Assembly: GCA_049599895.1 (NCBI GenBank)
Contig: JBMYPC010000029.1
Location: 1-27,828 of the forward strand
Direction of reading: 5' to 3'
Length of the DNA stretch: 27,828 nucleotides
Origin: Bacteriovoracaceae bacterium
GTDB lineage: Bacteria; Bdellovibrionota; Bacteriovoracia; Bacteriovoracales; Bacteriovoracaceae
The position numbers and the translations under genes were made by a program. This document shows, piece by piece, positions 25,730 through 27,828 of this stretch (positions are counted from its first letter, which is position 1; every line of letters starts with the position of its first letter). The notes beneath the pieces were generated by a model. It searched no databases. It saw only the letters and a list, made by a program, of their open reading frames with translations, and was not told where the DNA came from.

Positions 25730-26709
25730 TTTGCTCTCCAAACACGATGTGAGTCTTTTGCTCTTGGAAGACCGATCTCTTCAAGAACAAAGTTATTTTT
25801 AAACCACTTAGGAGAGACCTTCACATGCAGGTTAAGGTGAACCTTTGATCCACTGAGCTTTTCAATTTTCTCTCTTGCTTCCATACCAATTTTTTTGATC
25901 ATACTTCCTTTGGAACCGACCACAATGGCCCTTTGACTTGGACGATTAACAAGAATCGTTGCTGAAATTTTAGAACTTTCTACTTCTTTGGTTTTAGTAA
26001 GACGGTCTTCGTAACTATCAAGAACCACGGCCACTTCATAAGGGATTTCGTCTTTAAGATTTAAAAAAGCTTGCTCTCGAATGTATTCAGTTGCAAAAAA
26101 TCGCATGTTCTTATTAGACATCTCTCCGCTTGAATAGCGGTGTTTTCGGTTCTCAGACCGATCCAATAATGCTCCTAAAAGCTCATTTGTCCCCTCTTCC
26201 GTTTTGGCACTTGTAATAAAAACTTTTTCAATAGAAGGAATTAATTCTTTTGAAAGCTCTAAGATTTTTGACAATGCTTCTTCAGATGGAATCCCTCCAT
26301 CTTTGTCTTTCACTCTGTCCATTTTATTAAGAACGAGCCAAGACTCTGAAAGTTCAACATCTAAAGTACTCTTAAGCTGCTTAAGTTGCTCAAAAAGAGG
26401 TCGAGTCATATCGACAACAATTAAATTGACATCAACGCCACCAATACTTTCTCTGGCCTGCTCGTTATATCTTAGATTGATCTCAAGGCTTGATTTATGG
26501 ACACCTGGAGTATCAACAAAAATGACTTCAGTTCGATCAACTGAAACCACACAATGATAACGATTTCGGGTCGTTTGAGGCTTATTCGTGACAACACTGA
26601 GGTCAACCCCTAAAAATTGGTTAATAAGTGAACTTTTTCCAACGTTTGGTTCACCAAGAACAGCGGCCATAACAGAGCGATTATGGGGATGTTGATCTTC
26701 AAATAACAT
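25726..26709 (-). CDS. era: GTPase Era
   Basis: GEPNVGKS, KPQTTRN, DTPG, NKMD, EIPY, and the KH motif SQRAIVVGSKGSMIKKIG. Confidence 0.97.
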   Translation of the reverse strand: MLFEDQHPHNRSVMAAVLGEPNVGKSSLINQFLGVDLSVVTNKPQTTRNRYHCVVSVDRTEVIFVDTPGVHKSSLEINLRYNEQARESIGGVDVNLIVVDMTRPLFEQLKQLKSTLDVELSESWLVLNKMDRVKDKDGGIPSEEALSKILELSKELIPSIEKVFITSAKTEEGTNELLGALLDRSENRKHRYSSGEMSNKNMRFFATEYIREQAFLNLKDEIPYEVAVVLDSYEDRLTKTKEVESSKISATILVNRPSQRAIVVGSKGSMIKKIGMEAREKIEKLSGSKVHLNLHVKVSPKWFKNNFVLEEIGLPRAKDSHRVWRAK

Positions 26710-27574
26710 GTTGAATCTCCTCTAATAAATTTGAATTTAATATTTTTTTAGCTAATACTTCTTGAGCTGTTTTTTTAGAAATATGAGTTGTTTCTGCGAG
26801 AGTTCTCTGTTTGATAAGACAAGTGACATGAAACCCCTTGTCAGTCATTTTCGCTCGATATTCAGGTAAAACCTTAAAGCGAGAAAGACAAATTTCTTGA
26901 AACTTGGTTTTATAATCAAAGCCATTGAGCCGTTCAAGGTCGTAGAAAATCTCCCCTGTCTGCTCTTCATAGAGGCTTAGAATTCTTTGAAAGCTTCTCG
27001 TTGCAATATCGAGACCTTGACCTATATAGAGTGCTCCAATAAAGGCTTCAAAAACATCAGAAAGAATTGCTTCTTTTAAATAGCCTTCATTATTAAGCTC
27101 GCCCTTTCCAAGGAGAACACACCTATGAAGTCCAAGTTCATAAGCGAGAGTAGAAAAGATTTTTCCATTAACTAAAGCCCCCCTTAACTTTGAAAGCTCC
27201 CCCTCGGAGGAGTTGGGATATCTTTTGTAAAGCTGTTCAGTAATTAAAAGATTAAGAAAACTGTCCCCTAAAAATTCGAGACGTTCGTACGATCGAACTG
27301 AAAATGTTTGATAACTTTTAGATGGAGATGCGTTAAATTCGTTAACAAAAGAACGATGGATAAAGGCATAAAGAATGTCTAAGCTGAATTTAAGGTCGAG
27401 CTTTTCTTGAAGATTTATGAACTCAATTCGATTTAAGATTTCCTGAAAATCAAACCCCTTACCTTGATCATCTCCAAGGCATTGCCAAGCCCATGAGCAA
27501 AAATGTGCATCTTTATCCATAGTATTGTGGAAACATTCCTGGTTCAGGTCAGTTTTCAAGGTCGTCTTCTCCAA
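26699..27574 (-). CDS. rnc: Ribonuclease III
   Basis: AFIHRS, signature YERLEFLGDS, SDVFEAFIGA, dsRBD DYKTKFQE...SKK. rnc-era order. Start uncertain (TTG 27574 or ATG 27520). Confidence 0.95.
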   Translation of the reverse strand: MEKTTLKTDLNQECFHNTMDKDAHFCSWAWQCLGDDQGKGFDFQEILNRIEFINLQEKLDLKFSLDILYAFIHRSFVNEFNASPSKSYQTFSVRSYERLEFLGDSFLNLLITEQLYKRYPNSSEGELSKLRGALVNGKIFSTLAYELGLHRCVLLGKGELNNEGYLKEAILSDVFEAFIGALYIGQGLDIATRSFQRILSLYEEQTGEIFYDLERLNGFDYKTKFQEICLSRFKVLPEYRAKMTDKGFHVTCLIKQRTLAETTHISKKTAQEVLAKKILNSNLLEEIQHVI

Positions 27575-27809
27575 TTAAGCTCTATATTCGAATGTGGTTA
27601 TGACTTCTAGCACCAGCATTTTGATATGGCAAGTCACAAATCCAATATCTGTAGAATCACCACGTATAAGAATCTCAGATTCTAGTACACATAAGTTGCC
27701 ATTTTTATTAACCTTAAGTTAAAATTAAAGAACAAAAAGAGACACTGGTCTTGAAAGTGCTAACCGGATTTACACTTTCTTGAACCCACACACACGGAGC
27801 ATATTGCTT

Positions 27810-27828
27810 ATGGAAGACCTTCAAGTCA
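27810..27828 (+). CDS. Probable start of a divergent gene (MEDLQV...), truncated by the window end
   Basis: SD GGAG at 27796-27799 followed by ATG 27810, open to the end. Too short to identify. Confidence 0.4.

Noticed and set aside
27737..27763. CIRCE (HrcA) operator
   Set aside because: Only the right half resembles it (AAGTGCTAA). The left half and the N9 spacing do not match TTAGCACTC.

Overview
AT-rich (roughly 37-38% GC by eye) bacterial chromosomal segment. The gene content and style suggest Bdellovibrionota, possibly Bacteriovoracales/Halobacteriovorax-like (inference only). Housekeeping blocks flank an accessory envelope and signalling core. Left side: a 5'-truncated degenerate HD-GYP-like gene, a metallophosphoesterase with a small exported protein, khpA-rpsP-ffh plus a capless HAD hydrolase, and dusB. 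Centre: a GAF-PAS hybrid histidine kinase divergent from a 665-aa exported helical protein and a 1770-aa Cys-rich lipoprotein, then a ZnuACB-type metal ABC transporter and two exported hypotheticals. Right side: yfgM-bamB, two beta-barrel outer-membrane proteins, and rnc-era-der. No rRNA, tRNA, CRISPR array or transposase is evident. The most notable signals are: (i) the giant disulfide-rich lipoprotein, which has a split LecA/PA-IL-like domain and is preceded by two near-identical 18-bp palindromes 103 bp apart; (ii) a 62%-GC three-hairpin element fused to the khpA stop codon, where rimM-trmD would usually follow; (iii) several apparently leaderless genes; (iv) a ~58-aa insertion in the second G domain of Der; and (v) an rncO-like hairpin upstream of rnc.
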